Shown here: piece after piece, positions 1-10,889 of the stretch
Layout of the letters: each line of letters opens with the position of its first letter
Position numbering within the stretch: position 1 is the stretch's first letter
NCBI RefSeq assembly: GCF_006345805.1
Contig: NW_021832657.1
Coordinates: forward strand, 1-30,360
DNA from: Octopus sinensis
Lineage: Eukaryota
DNA: 30,360 nt
Reading direction: 5' to 3'
The notes under the pieces: generated by a model
Databases searched by the model: none
What the model saw: only the letters and a program-made list of their open reading frames with translations
Told to the model about the DNA's origin: nothing
Made by a program: the position numbers and the translations under genes

Positions 1-199
1 GCTGCTGTTGTTGTTGTTGTTGCTGTGCGAGAGTAAGGATTCTGGAAAATGGTGGATGATCAATACAATAATGGTAATAATACTTAATATTGATTCCATT
101 CTCCAAGACATGGAAACCTTTATAGATATCTGGGTAAGTAAAGATGGCGTGCTTGTTTTTGGAATACAAAATGGCTTCGATGTTGTTGTTGTTGTTATT

Positions 200-600
200 A
201 TTGGCAGAATCGTTAACATGCCGGACAATATGCATCACGCCATTCCTTTCGGATTTACATTCTGAATTTAAATTCTACCGAGGTTGACTTTACCTATTAG
301 ACTTTCGGAATCTATATATATTTCTTTACTACCCACAAGGGGCTAAACCTAGAGGGGACAAAGAAGGACAGACAAAGCGATTAAGTCGATTCCATCGACC
401 CCAGTGCGTAACTGGTACTTTATTTATCGACCCCGAAAGGATGAAAGGCAAAGTCAACCTCGGCGGAATTTGAACTCAGAACGTAACGGCAGACGAAATA
501 CGGCTACGCATTTCGCCCGGCGTGCTAACGTTTCTGCCAGATTTCGGAATCTATATAACTGAATACTGGTGTCGATGTGACCGACAGACCCCCATTCCCC
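200..600 (+). mobile_element. Old diverged SINE family A copy (tRNA-like head, central domain, tail B), split by a younger antisense family A copy
   Basis: 201-318 (TTGGCAGAATCGTTAACATGCCGG...TTCTGAATTTAAATTCTACCGAGGTTGACTTTACCT) and 558-600 (ACTGAATACTGGTGTCGATGTGACCGAC...CCCC) align by eye to consecutive parts of the family A copies at 12677-12908 and 22436-22616. Confidence 0.7.
319..541 (-). mobile_element. Young tRNA-derived SINE, family A with tail A
   Basis: Near-identical to 12677-12908. B box on the minus strand (plus-strand GGAATTTGAACTC). 16-bp TSD TTTCGGAATCTATATA at 303-318 and 542-557. The central GCCTTTCATCCTTTCGGGGTCGATAAA resembles the Meta/MESC SINE domain (from memory). 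Confidence 0.9.
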
Positions 601-639
601 ACACCACATCACAAGAATTGTTACAGGTTATGTACCTAT

Positions 640-840
640 TGTAGAAATGATTGTCATTTCTGCTGTTATTTTAGCATTTCTTGCTGTTGTTGTTGTTGTT
701 GTTGTTGTTGATATTAGTGATGGTGGCAGTGGTGGCTCTGGTTTATTGTTCTTGTCAATGTTCTTGTTGTTAGTCAAGGTGGTGTTATTAATGTTGTTGT
801 TGTTGCTATTGTGATTGTCGTTATTGTTGTTGTTACTGAA
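640..840. repeat. Degenerate (GTT)n/(GGT)n low-complexity tract
   Basis: Direct reading. Confidence 0.85.
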
Positions 841-964
841 GTTTAGATTAGACTCGTTCCCAGAGACAAATGACCAACCGTGTTCCAGCCGTGGCCTTTC
901 CGTCTCTTATTCATAGGTAGTGTCTCTATGACTACACCATCCGATATGTTCTTCCTACATTTCA

Positions 965-1150
965 TCACACACACACACACACACACACACACACCACACA
1001 CACACACACTCACACTCACACACACGCGTGCACACACACAAACACACACACTTTTGCACGTACACTCGTGTATCTATGAAACTACAGATGTGTATATGTG
1101 TGTGTGTGTGTGTATGTATGTGTGTGTGTGTGTGTGTATGTGTGTGTGTG
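965..1150. repeat. (CA)n followed by (TG)n microsatellites
   Basis: Direct reading. Confidence 0.95.
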
Positions 1151-1317
1151 CAATTCCGACATATTTGATATTTGATATTAAGTGTACAAATAAATAAAAT
1201 AAATTTTAAAATGATAAATAAAATACGAACGTCTTGACGCAATTTTCACTCAGAATTGAAACCCTCTCTTTCCAGTTCAAATTCACAATCCCCCGGTTGA
1301 ACACATTATTCACTTCT

Positions 1318-2059
1318 CCCAAGGGATTGTACACAACAAGGATCCTTTTCCTTGGTATTCATCTTATGCGTTTCGCCTTCAAGAAACTGCACAAAATCTT
1401 TCTGTTGAGACAAAGTCAGGTCATCAATTATGTTGAATGTCGGTAAATAAGTTGTCCTCGCAATTGATTTGTCCTGTTCAAAATCCTGGACGCTTAATAA
1501 AAATGTCAGGACAGGAGCAACAGAGGGCTTGTAGATCGGTACCTGGAGAGGTAGGCTCATGTCGTCCACTAGTATCGTAGGGTACTGGACGGAAAAATCA
1601 GTTAAGTTGCTCGGGGTCTGGTTTGGTCAGGAGCTCTAGATGGACAAGAACTAGGGAGAGGTGACCAGCAGGTTGACCAGTTTCGCCCCAAGGGATTGTA
1701 CACAACAAGGATCCTTTTCCTTGGTATTCATCTTATGCGTTTCGCCTTCAAGAAACTGCACAAAATCTTTCTGTTGAGACAAAGTCAGGTCATCAATTAT
1801 GTTGAATGTCGGTAAATAAGTTGTCCTCGCAATTGATTTGTCCTGTTCAAAATCCTGGACGCTTAATAAAAATGTCAGGACAGGAGCAACAGAGGGCTTG
1901 TAGATCGGTACCTGGAGAGGTAGGCTCATGTCGTCCGCTAGTGTCGTAGGGTACTGGACGGAAAAATCAGTTAAGTTGCTCGGGGTCTGGTTTGGTCAGG
2001 AGCTCTAGATGGACAAGAACTAGGGAGAGGTGACGAGCAGGTTGACCAGTTTCGCCCCA
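1318..2059. repeat. 369-bp direct tandem duplication (2 copies, 3 substitutions)
   Basis: 1321-1689 matches 1690-2058 except at 1568/1937 (A/G), 1574/1943 (A/G) and 1666/2035 (C/G). CCCA microhomology at 1318, 1687 and 2056. Confidence 0.97.
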
Positions 2060-2084
2060 GATTTGGACAGAAAAGAAGCTTTCA
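1895..2084 (+). pseudogene. Fragment of a LINE reverse transcriptase C-terminal (thumb) region, L1/Tx1-like; partial second copy at 1526-1689
   Basis: Manual translation GL*IGTWRGRLMSSASVVGYWTEKSVKLLGVWFGQEL*MDKN*GEVTSRLTSFA[+1]QIWTEKKLS. It resembles the K.LGV.F...NW...W..R.LS pattern of L1/Tx1-clade RTs and carries stops and a frameshift. Confidence 0.6.
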
Positions 2085-2369
2085 GTAGATAAACTTATGA
2101 GTTGTCTTACCCAAACAGTTGCAAAACCATGTTGTAAATAAATTAATTGTTGATTGGACGACCTCAATAGAATCGAAGCTAAGGTGTTGCATCACAACCG
2201 GTGGTGGTTTGCTTACGTTCGGTCAGTGTCGGGTCATCGACTGACAAAAATACTTATGTAAGGAAGAATTACAAGAATGAAAACATAAAGTAGGACCTGC
2301 AAAATGTTGATACAAGGATCAACGAAAGTCAACAGCAGAAGAAATGAGACACACCAAAATTTTCAATAT

Positions 2370-2474
2370 GCTGATAGATAGATAGATTGATTGATGAAAT
2401 AGAGAGAGAAATACGGAGATGGATAAAGAGATAGATAGATGTATAGATAGATAGACAGACAGACAGACAGATAT

Positions 2475-2523
<49 letters not shown>

Positions 2524-2929
2524 ATTAAAGAGAAAGATAGAGAGATAGATAAAGAGAAAGATAGACAGATGGCTCGGTAAAGATAGACAAATAGAGCGAC
2601 AGATATATAAGTGTATGGATTGATAAGTGTATATCAGATAGGCCGATAGTTGTATGTATAGACAGGGAGATCGAGAGATATATAGATAAGTAGAGAGATA
2701 GGTAGTTACACAGATAGATGAACAGATAGAGATAGACAGATGGGATAAATAGATAAATAGGTCGGCAGACAGAGACACAGATGGAGAGACCGATAGATAT
2801 AGAGATAGATAAATAAGTAGTTAGATAAATAGCAAAATAGACAAATTGAGTGATAGATAGGTAGATAGATAAACAGAGAGACAGGCAGACAGATAGGTAG
2901 GTAGATAGATAAAAAAGTAAGATAGATAT

Positions 2930-2963
<34 letters not shown>

Positions 2964-2967
2964 GGAT

Positions 2968-3042
<75 letters not shown>
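2370..3042. repeat. (GATA)n microsatellite field, degenerate with pure cores
   Basis: Pure GATA runs at about 2470-2520 and 2925-3042. Confidence 0.95.
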
Positions 3043-3253
3043 GGTTAATACATATGATTGGAGGAGGGAAGTGTCACGCTGAGTGCGACATCTTTGAAAG
3101 CAGAAATAGGAAGCTGACAGAGGAGGTCAATAGCAAAAAGTGGACCAATAAAAAGAGGACTCTTGGATCCAGCTGCTCTCCAGAGCTCCGTGTCTTCGTT
3201 GTCAGCCTCCTTTAAGGTGAAAATAAGGTTTTAGACACGTACATGAATTCAAT

Positions 3254-3255
<2 letters not shown>

Positions 3256-3295
<40 letters not shown>

Positions 3296-3476
3296 TCTGT
3301 GGTCGAAGAAGCAGTGAAGATAAAAGAAAATGCTGAAGATGGATGATGATGTTGATGATGACGATAATGGTGTCCGTGGCGGTGGCGGTGGTGGTGGTTA
3401 TATGATGTTGGTGGTGTTAGTGTTGAAGGTCGGGGTGGTGGCGGTGGCGGCGGCAGTGGCGGCGTTCGTAGTGGTT

Positions 3477-3508
<32 letters not shown>

Positions 3509-5020
3509 AATGATGATGCTGGCGGTGGTGGTGGTGATGATGATGATGAGGATGATGATGACAGACATAGGTGTAGGTGATGCGCTTCCTATGTGGTGGC
3601 GCTGGTATGTGGCGGCGAAGTTGTTATTAGCGAAGACAAACCACGTGACCGTTGTCTCACAACAAACTGCTCCTTTCTCCATGTCTCTCTCCCCCCCACT
3701 CACCCACCCCGCTCTTCTCTGACATCTGCCGTTTCCATTCTCAGTTCTTGCCTCGCCCCCCCCGACACCTCATTTCCCCCCTACTGTTACAGCTCCTCCT
3801 ATTTATCAACACCTTACACGTCCTCCTCTTCTTCTCCCCTCCATTCTCTTTGCCTGCTTCCTTCTCCTCCTCTTCCTCCTCGTCTTTTTCTTTCTCTTTT
3901 TCTTCACGTTTTCCTTCCCTTCTTTCATTTCCTTTCTTTCTTTCTTATTTTTCTTTTTTACTCTCTTCTTCTTCGTCATCACCACCGCCACCACCACCAC
4001 CACCACCACCACCACCACCACCGCCGCCACCACCACCACCACCGTCACCACCACCTCCACAACCCACCGCCGCAACCACCACCACCACCGCCGCCACCAC
4101 CACCACCACCACCACCATCACCATCACCACCATCACCACCGCCACCACCATCGCCGCCACCACCACAGCCACCGCCACCACCACCGCCACTACCACCACC
4201 ACCACCACCACCACCGCCACCACCACCACCACCGCCACCACCACCATCACCACCACCTAACACCGAGTAATACCGCCTCCAAAGCTCCGTGTCTCCCACT
4301 ACCCCTCCACCACCTAACACTCCCACCTCCACCCGCCCGCCCCGCCCACCCACCATCCAACATCAAAGAAGAAAGACCTAATGGCGATAAAAGCGATTGG
4401 CAGATGAAGATGGCGGGGGTGGTGATGGTGGTGGTGGTGTGACTAAGTGGATGGTGTTGGTGCTAGCATCAGTGGTGCGGGTGGTGTTAGTAGCGGTTGT
4501 GAAGTGGTGGTGGTGGTGGTATACTCGCGATGAAGCGGGTATGCGATAGGAATAGCGGTGATGGATGAAGGCCACAGATCGTAGTGGTGGACTTTGCGGT
4601 AATAGTGGTGATGGTGGTGGTTTATAACCCTAGGTCAACCCTAATTAAACAAACGTATAATCAAAAGCGTTCCAGCCTTGACAATTCCGCCTAGTTTAGA
4701 GGTCATGTACTGCTGCATTATCTGATTATCTTTTCACTTCCCAAGACTGCAATTTGAGGGAGACTCGGGCTGCTATTTCTAGCAGGTCAAGCGACCACGT
4801 AGTAGCTCGTTCGTTGCCTTGCAGCGTTGGTGGTTGTGGTGGTGGCGGTGGTGGTAGCGGCAGGGAATAATGGTGGATCCGAAAAGGGGTTAAGGTGATG
4901 GAGATGGTGGGTTGGGCAGTCGAAGTGGCGCTGTTTGTAGTGGGTGACGACGGAGGTGGTGTTGTCATTGTGGTGATGGTGGTGGTGGTGGTGATGGTGG
5001 TGGTGGTGGTGGTGGTGAGA
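3256..5020. repeat. Mosaic of (CA)n, (GAT)n, (GGT)n, CT-rich and (CCA)n low-complexity tracts
   Basis: Direct reading. This explains the poly-His/Pro/Thr/Gly ORFs at 3330-4356. Confidence 0.9.
4750..4800. repeat. Short fragment of a dispersed repeat; diverged homologue at about 11610-11650
   Basis: GGCTGCTATTTCTAGCAGGTCAAG (about 4768-4791) versus GGCTGCTATATCCAACAGGTCGAG (about 11623-11646). Confidence 0.5.
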
Positions 5021-5140
5021 TGTGGTTTGATGTGGTGTTTCTAGGAGAGGCGGTTCTGTGCATCTGTAACATTACCGGAGAATGGAGTAAATTAGTAGGA
5101 AGAGAGGTGACGGTGGTAGCGGTGGGGACAAAACGGATTA

Positions 5141-5935
5141 GGGGGAGAGAGAGAAGGAGCGAGAGGGAGAAGAGAAGAGGAGAGAGAGAGGGGAAGGGAG
5201 AGCGAGAGGGAGAAGAAGAGAAGGGGAGAGAGAGAGGAGGATGGGAGAGAGAGAGAAGGAGCGAGAGGGAGAAGAGAAGAGGGAGAGAGAGAAGGAGCGA
5301 GAGGGAGAAGAAGAGAAGGGGAGAGAGAGGGGAAGGGAGAGAGAGAAGAGAAGGAGCGAGAGGGAGAAGAGAAGGGGAGAGAGAGAGAGAGGGAAGGGAG
5401 AGCGAGAGGGAGAAGAAGAGAAGGGGAGAGAGAGAGGAGGATGGGAGAGAGAGAGAAGGAGCGAGAGGGAGAAGAGAAGAGGGAGAGAGAGAAGGAGCGA
5501 GAGGGAGAAGAAGAGAAGGGGAGAGAGAGGGGAAGGGAGAGAGAGAAGAGAAGGAGCGAGAGGGAGAAGAGAAGGGGAGAGAGAGAGAGGGGAAGGGAGA
5601 GCGAGAGGGAGAAGAAGAGAAGGGGAGAGAGAGGAGGATGGGAGAGAGAGAGGAGGATGGGAGAGAGAGAGAGAGAGAAGGAGCGAGAGGGAGAAGAAGA
5701 GAAGGGGAGAGAGAGGGGAATGGAGAGAGAGAAGAGAAGGAGCGAGAGGGAGAAGAAGAGAAGGGGAGAGAGAGGGAGAAGAAGAGAAGGGGAGAGAGAG
5801 AAGGAGCGAGAGGGAGAAGAAGAAAAGGGGAGAGAGAAGGGGAAGGGAGAGAGAGAAGGAGCGAGAGGGAGAAGAAGAGAAGGGGAGAGGGGGGAGAGAA
5901 AGAGTTAAATGGAGAGAGAAAGACGAGGAAAGGGA
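5141..5935. repeat. Purine-strand GA-rich complex repeat with an exact 200-bp higher-order period
   Basis: 5191-5389 is identical to 5391-5589; a partial third unit follows. The only pyrimidines on + are in GCGA and ATG motifs. Confidence 0.93.
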
Positions 5936-6103
5936 GACAAAAAGAAAAGGAAGAGGCACTGAGATAGAGGGAGAGAGAGAGGGCGTGGAAGAGTGGGAAA
6001 GAGGGAGGAGAGAAATAGTGGGAAAGAGAAGAAGAGCAAGAGTATGGGAGAAAGAGAGAGATTGATCTATATGGTAATAAGCAAGTATCCAAGTATCTCT
6101 TTG

Positions 6104-6139
<36 letters not shown>

Positions 6140-6532
6140 TCTCTTTCATAATCTGTCAATATTGTCACTACTATTTCGATTCTAGCTATCCAATAGTAAC
6201 GATTATTGCAAACTGGTTAGCTATATTTTATATTTATTGTATTGTTACAACATGGCCAGATGTAACGACGTTTGTCTCTTCAGAAGCGACTAAGAAGACA
6301 AGTGTGGTGATATCTAGTCATATTGTAAAAAAAAAAGAAAAAAAAACATAGAATTGAAACAAAAGGTTAGTGTACAGACGTTAGAAATACGAAACACTGA
6401 CGCCGTTTTACGTAACCAATAAGAACGGTAGAAAAAAGAAAGGAAAAGTCCTGATAATAAATAAAAGTGATGTTTCGACCGGGTACCTAAATAATTGACT
6501 CTATAGCGCAATGTATGTGGTTGCATGACCTG

Positions 6533-6633
6533 CACGTGTGTATTGTGTGTGTGTGTGTGTGTACATGTATGTGTCTGTATGTGTGTGTGTGTGTGTGTGT
6601 GTGCATGTATGTGTGTGTGTGTGTATGCATGTT

Positions 6634-6672
<39 letters not shown>

Positions 6673-6727
6673 GTGTGGATGTGTATATGTATGTATGTAT
6701 GTTTATGTGTGTGTTTGCGTGAATATA
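6533..6727. repeat. Complex (TG)/(TATG) tract, one unit of the array at 8767-9460
   Basis: 51 nt at 6677-6727 are identical to 9214-9264. Confidence 0.85.
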
Positions 6728-7471
6728 GCACGTAAATTTCACTCGAATCTCACTTAAATCTCATTCACACGTGGCCGTCTCAGATAAAACAAATTAGGCA
6801 AGTTTATATTTGTAATTATTGACGTAAGTTAATTAAAACCAAATTTCTTATTTAAAAACAACCGAAAAATATGGAAGGATCCTGGAAACGACAAAAATTG
6901 GCTGACTGGATTAAACTTATACTTTGGTGAAATGTTTTTAGTAATGTGTCTATAGCGACATGAAATCTATGAGAAGGGGAGACAACAAAGAGAAACACTT
7001 AATAACGCTCTCTCGCAGTGAATTATAATTACTTTTCTGTAGTTGAAATCAATAATAAAAGAATTCCAAAACCACATTTTGATAAAAATATATTAAAATT
7101 AGAATTTTAAAACACTTTTTCGACAGTATAGACTTCAGAATGTTTATTTTTTATAAACGTTACATACTCCAAACTAATTAATAAGCAGTTTTTTTTAGTA
7201 CAGTGTATGGTTGATTTGTAGACTGAGATAACTAATGTTATTCTTGCTTAAACAGAAAACCCGTTGCAAGACGTTTATTTCGAAGAACCGTTTTGGATAA
7301 TGTTTTGTAAAGACGGTTCACATGTTGAATATTAAGCATTCTCAAGAATGAATTCGTTTCAAAATTTTTCATTTATCCATTTTTATAAAATAATTCTACC
7401 ACATGTTGGACAAAATGTACACAAATCTGAAATTGCATAACGACTTCATCATGACACTGCATACGCACGTG

Positions 7472-7528
<57 letters not shown>

Positions 7529-7542
7529 TACATACATACATA

Positions 7543-7576
<34 letters not shown>

Positions 7577-7578
7577 TA

Positions 7579-7972
7579 TACTCTTACTCTTTTTACTCTT
7601 TTTACTTGTTTCAGTCATTTGACTGCGGCCATGCTGGAGTCAAATCGACCCCGGGACTCATTCTTTGTAAGCCCAGTACTTATTCTATCGGTCTCTTTTG
7701 CCGAACCGCTAAGTGACGGGGACGTAAACACACCAGCATCGGTTATCAAGCAATGCTAGGGGAACAAACACAGACACACAAACATATTCACACACACTTA
7801 TATATACATATACATATATACGACAGGCTTCTTTCAGTTTCCGTCTACCAAATCCACTCACAAGGCATTGGTCGGCCCGGGGCTATAGCAGAAGACACTT
7901 GCCCAAGATGCCACGCAGTGGGACTGAACCCGGAACCATGTGGTTGGTTAGCAAGCTACTTACCAAACAGCC

Positions 7973-7975
<3 letters not shown>
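7579..7975 (-). mobile_element. tRNA-derived SINE family B (CORE-like centre, internal microsatellite, GAGTAAAA-type tail) inserted in (TA)n
   Basis: Minus-strand head TGGCTGTTTGGTAAG...GGGTTCAGTCCCACTGCGTGGCATCTTGGGCAAGTGTCTT. Homologous to 11830-12345, 14040-14306 and 16327-16758. TA repeats on both sides. Confidence 0.9.
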
Positions 7976-8009
<34 letters not shown>

Positions 8010-8125
8010 TGTATATATACTTATACTCACACAAGTATGTATATATGTATACACACACACGCATATATATACATACATATATGCACACACACATGTATAT
8101 ATATGTACATAGGTTGGAACAAAGA

Positions 8126-8255
8126 GTGAGACAGACAGACAGTGAGAGAGAGAGAGGGGGAGAGAGAGAGAAAGAGAGAGAGAGAGAAAGAGAGAAAGAG
8201 AGAAAGAGAGAGAGAGAAAAAAGAAAGAGATAAAAAGAGGGAGAGAGAGAAAGGA

Positions 8256-8316
<61 letters not shown>

Positions 8317-8318
8317 GA
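8126..8318. repeat. (GA)n microsatellite
   Basis: Direct reading. Confidence 0.95.
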
Positions 8319-8766
8319 TTACGTTTACACATCTGTGTAAATGTGTTTGAATATATTGCGTGTATATAAATACTATATACACTCCGTCAGACGCACACAT
8401 TCTTGGAGATGACAGGTTCGCAGGAAGATGGTAAGAGCACTTGGAACGAAGAACTCAAAAGTCTGAGTTTAATGAAACACACATACACACATACAGACCT
8501 GCATGTGTAGGAACGATTTCACAATTACCATCGTCACCGTCACCATGGTAACCGCTTCCATATTTATCACTTCTCATCGTTTCTCGCTTTTCAGTAATAA
8601 CATTGTTATCTCTTTTCATCTTTTTTTTCTGTAAACACACACACACGCGCGCGCGCGCGCCCTCACCCTGTCTCTCGTACGTGCACACACACACATACAA
8701 TACTTAAATGCAAAGATATATATCCACACACATCTTTTGAAAACTTATACAAATATGCACAGCAGT

Positions 8767-9547
8767 CACGTGTGTGTTGTGTGTGTTGTGTGTACATATG
8801 TATGTGTGTGTGTGATTGTATGTATGTATGTGTGTGTGTGTGTGTGCATGTTTGTGGATGTGTATATGTATGTATGTTTATGTGTGTGTTTGCGTGAACA
8901 TATGCGTGTGTATACGTTGTGTGTGTTGTGTGTGTGTACATGTATGTATCTGTATGTGTGTGTGTGCATGTATGTATGTGTGTGTGTGCATGCATGTTTG
9001 TGTTGTGTGTGTGTGTGTGTGTGTGTGTGGATGTGTATGTGTATGTATGTATGTATGTTTATGTGTGTGTTTGCGTGAATATATGTGTCTGTATACGTTG
9101 TGTGTGTTGTGTGTGTGTGTACATGTATGTATCTGTATGTGTTTGTGTGTGTGTGTGTGCATGTATGTGTGTGTGTGATTGTGTGTGTTGTGTGTGTGTG
9201 TGCGTGTGTGTGTGGATGTGTATATGTATGTATGTATGTTTATGTGTGTGTTTGCGTGAATATATGTGTGTGTATACGTTGTGTGTGATGTGTGTGTGTG
9301 TATGTGCGCGTGTGCATGTGTGTGTGTGTGTATACATGTATGTAGCTACATGTGTGTGTGTTCGCATGTATGTGTGTGTTGTTTGGGTTGTGTGTGCGTG
9401 TGTGTGCGTATGTGTATATGCATATATGTTTATGTGTGTGTTTGCATGAATATATATGTGTGTGTACGTTGTGTGTGTGTATGTGTTTATGTGTGTGTGT
9501 GTATGTGTGTCTATGTGTGTGTGTGTATGTGTGCGTGTGTATGTGTG

Positions 9548-9591
<44 letters not shown>

Positions 9592-9620
9592 TCTATGTGT
9601 GTGTGTGTGTATGTGTGCGT

Positions 9621-9674
<54 letters not shown>
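8767..9674. repeat. (TG)/(TATG) field with a ~181-bp higher-order unit, ending in near-pure (TG)n
   Basis: Marker GC(G/A)TGAA at 8892, 9073, 9254 and 9444 (periods 181, 181, 190). Confidence 0.9.
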
Positions 9675-9771
9675 CGTAATTTAACGATTGTCTAGTTGTT
9701 TTGTTTCCAACTGCATGGCTTCAGGCGTTTAATGCGTGTGAGCCACAAATGGAGAGGGGAATGGTAGGGAT

Positions 9772-9774
<3 letters not shown>

Positions 9775-9821
<47 letters not shown>

Positions 9822-9889
9822 TTGGAGCGAGAGTGAAGGAAAGAGAGTGAAAATACGTGATGTGAGAATGAAACAGAGATAGAGGGAGA

Positions 9890-9956
<67 letters not shown>

Positions 9957-9957
9957 C
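9775..9957. repeat. (GA)n microsatellite
   Basis: Direct reading. Confidence 0.93.
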
Positions 9958-10287
9958 ATTGATGGCGCTGATAGTGGTGTTGACGATGATGATGATGCTG
10001 ATGCTGATGAAGACGATGTTGTTGGTGGCGGTGGGGGCGATGCCGTTATTCATGGTGGCTCGACGAGGTGGTCACGTCGGTGTGATGGTGAGGATGACGA
10101 TTGTGGTGGAGCTGTTGATGGTTTTGATGATGGTGGTGGTGGTGTTGACGTGATGGTGGTGGTAACAAGAGGAGGAAGAGTTGATTAAAACGATCGGATG
10201 GTGGTGAAGTGGTTGGTGTGGAGTGTAGGGGTCACTTTGGGGCTGTTATTTCTTGAGTTCAATCCGCAGCTCGGTGGTTGTCTAACC

Positions 10288-10880
10288 TCTGTCTTTTACT
10301 CTTATTACGTGTCTGCTGACTCAAAGGGTTTAGTCCAGTGGTTCTCAGCAAGGGCCCATAAGGCCCTTGGTGGTCTATAGACACTTGAGGGCTCGTAGAT
10401 ACTTGAAGCTCAGTATAATGGCTATGAGGGTCGATCTGAATAAAACAGGAATCAAAGGGATCCAGAGGGGGAAAAAAGGAGTTCGGGGCCACTGGTTTAG
10501 TCGGACAAATCGACCGCAGGATCTATTTTAAGTTTGTTTCTTATTCTATCGAGCCCTTTGCCGAACTGCTAATTTACGGGGACGTAAACAAACCAACACC
10601 AGTGTTCAAGCGGTGACGGAGTTTTTGGAAGGAAAACCACAAACACACGCACGTACATACATACACACACGCGTATACTTCTACTTTTAAACGGTTTCAG
10701 CAAGGGATTGCGGTCATACTGAGGCACCGTTGGGCTTCCATATAGTTTCCACTGGCTTAATTGACACACAAGACATTGGTCGGCCTAGGACTATTGTAGG
10801 AGACATTTGCCACGCAGAGGGATTGAACCCGAAGACTCGTGGATGTTGAGTAAATTTCTTGCCCACACAGCTATGCCTGC
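10288..10880 (-). mobile_element. Older SINE family B copy interrupted by a hAT-type MITE
   Basis: Tail remnant TTTTACTCTTATTAC at about 10293; body TAGTCGGACAAATCGACC...GGGGACGTAAAC; head CCCACACAGCTATGCCTGC ending at about 10880. Confidence 0.75.
10336..10494. mobile_element. hAT-superfamily MITE (159 bp)
   Basis: Exact 8-bp TSD GTTTAGTC at 10328-10335 and 10495-10502. Termini CAGTGGTTCTCAGC and (reverse complement) CAGTGGCCCCGAAC, 9/14 matching. CAGTGG ends plus an 8-bp TSD are standard for hAT/Charlie-like elements. Confidence 0.8.
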
Positions 10881-10889
10881 ATAAATATC

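Noticed and set aside
3070-3209. Possible minus-strand exon with a hydrophobic stretch (VLFLLVHFLLLTSSVSFLFLL)
   Set aside because: The acceptor is AAG rather than YAG, there is no strong donor, and the antisense of A-rich DNA yields Leu/Phe/Ser runs trivially.
3330-4356. Overlapping His/Pro/Thr/Gly/Val-rich ORFs up to 225 aa
   Set aside because: They are translations of (CCA)n/(GGT)n/(GAT)n repeats, open in several frames on both strands with no domain content.
4965-6149. 394-aa, 315-aa and 274-aa ORFs over the GA field
   Set aside because: A purine-only strand cannot encode stops, so long ORFs are expected there.
6270-6500. Minus-strand partial hammerhead pieces (CTGAAGA-GAC-AAAC-GTC at about 6265-6282; GGTCGAAAC at about 6472-6480)
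   Set aside because: The first lacks GAAA and the second lacks CUGANGA. They are 200 bp apart and in the wrong order to form one ribozyme.
6770-7465. AT-rich unique block that might be a DNA transposon remnant
   Set aside because: I found no TIRs, TSD or recognisable transposase motif.
8400-8436. Strong donor-like GATG|GTAAGA
   Set aside because: An isolated 9-mer without a convincing upstream acceptor or reading frame.
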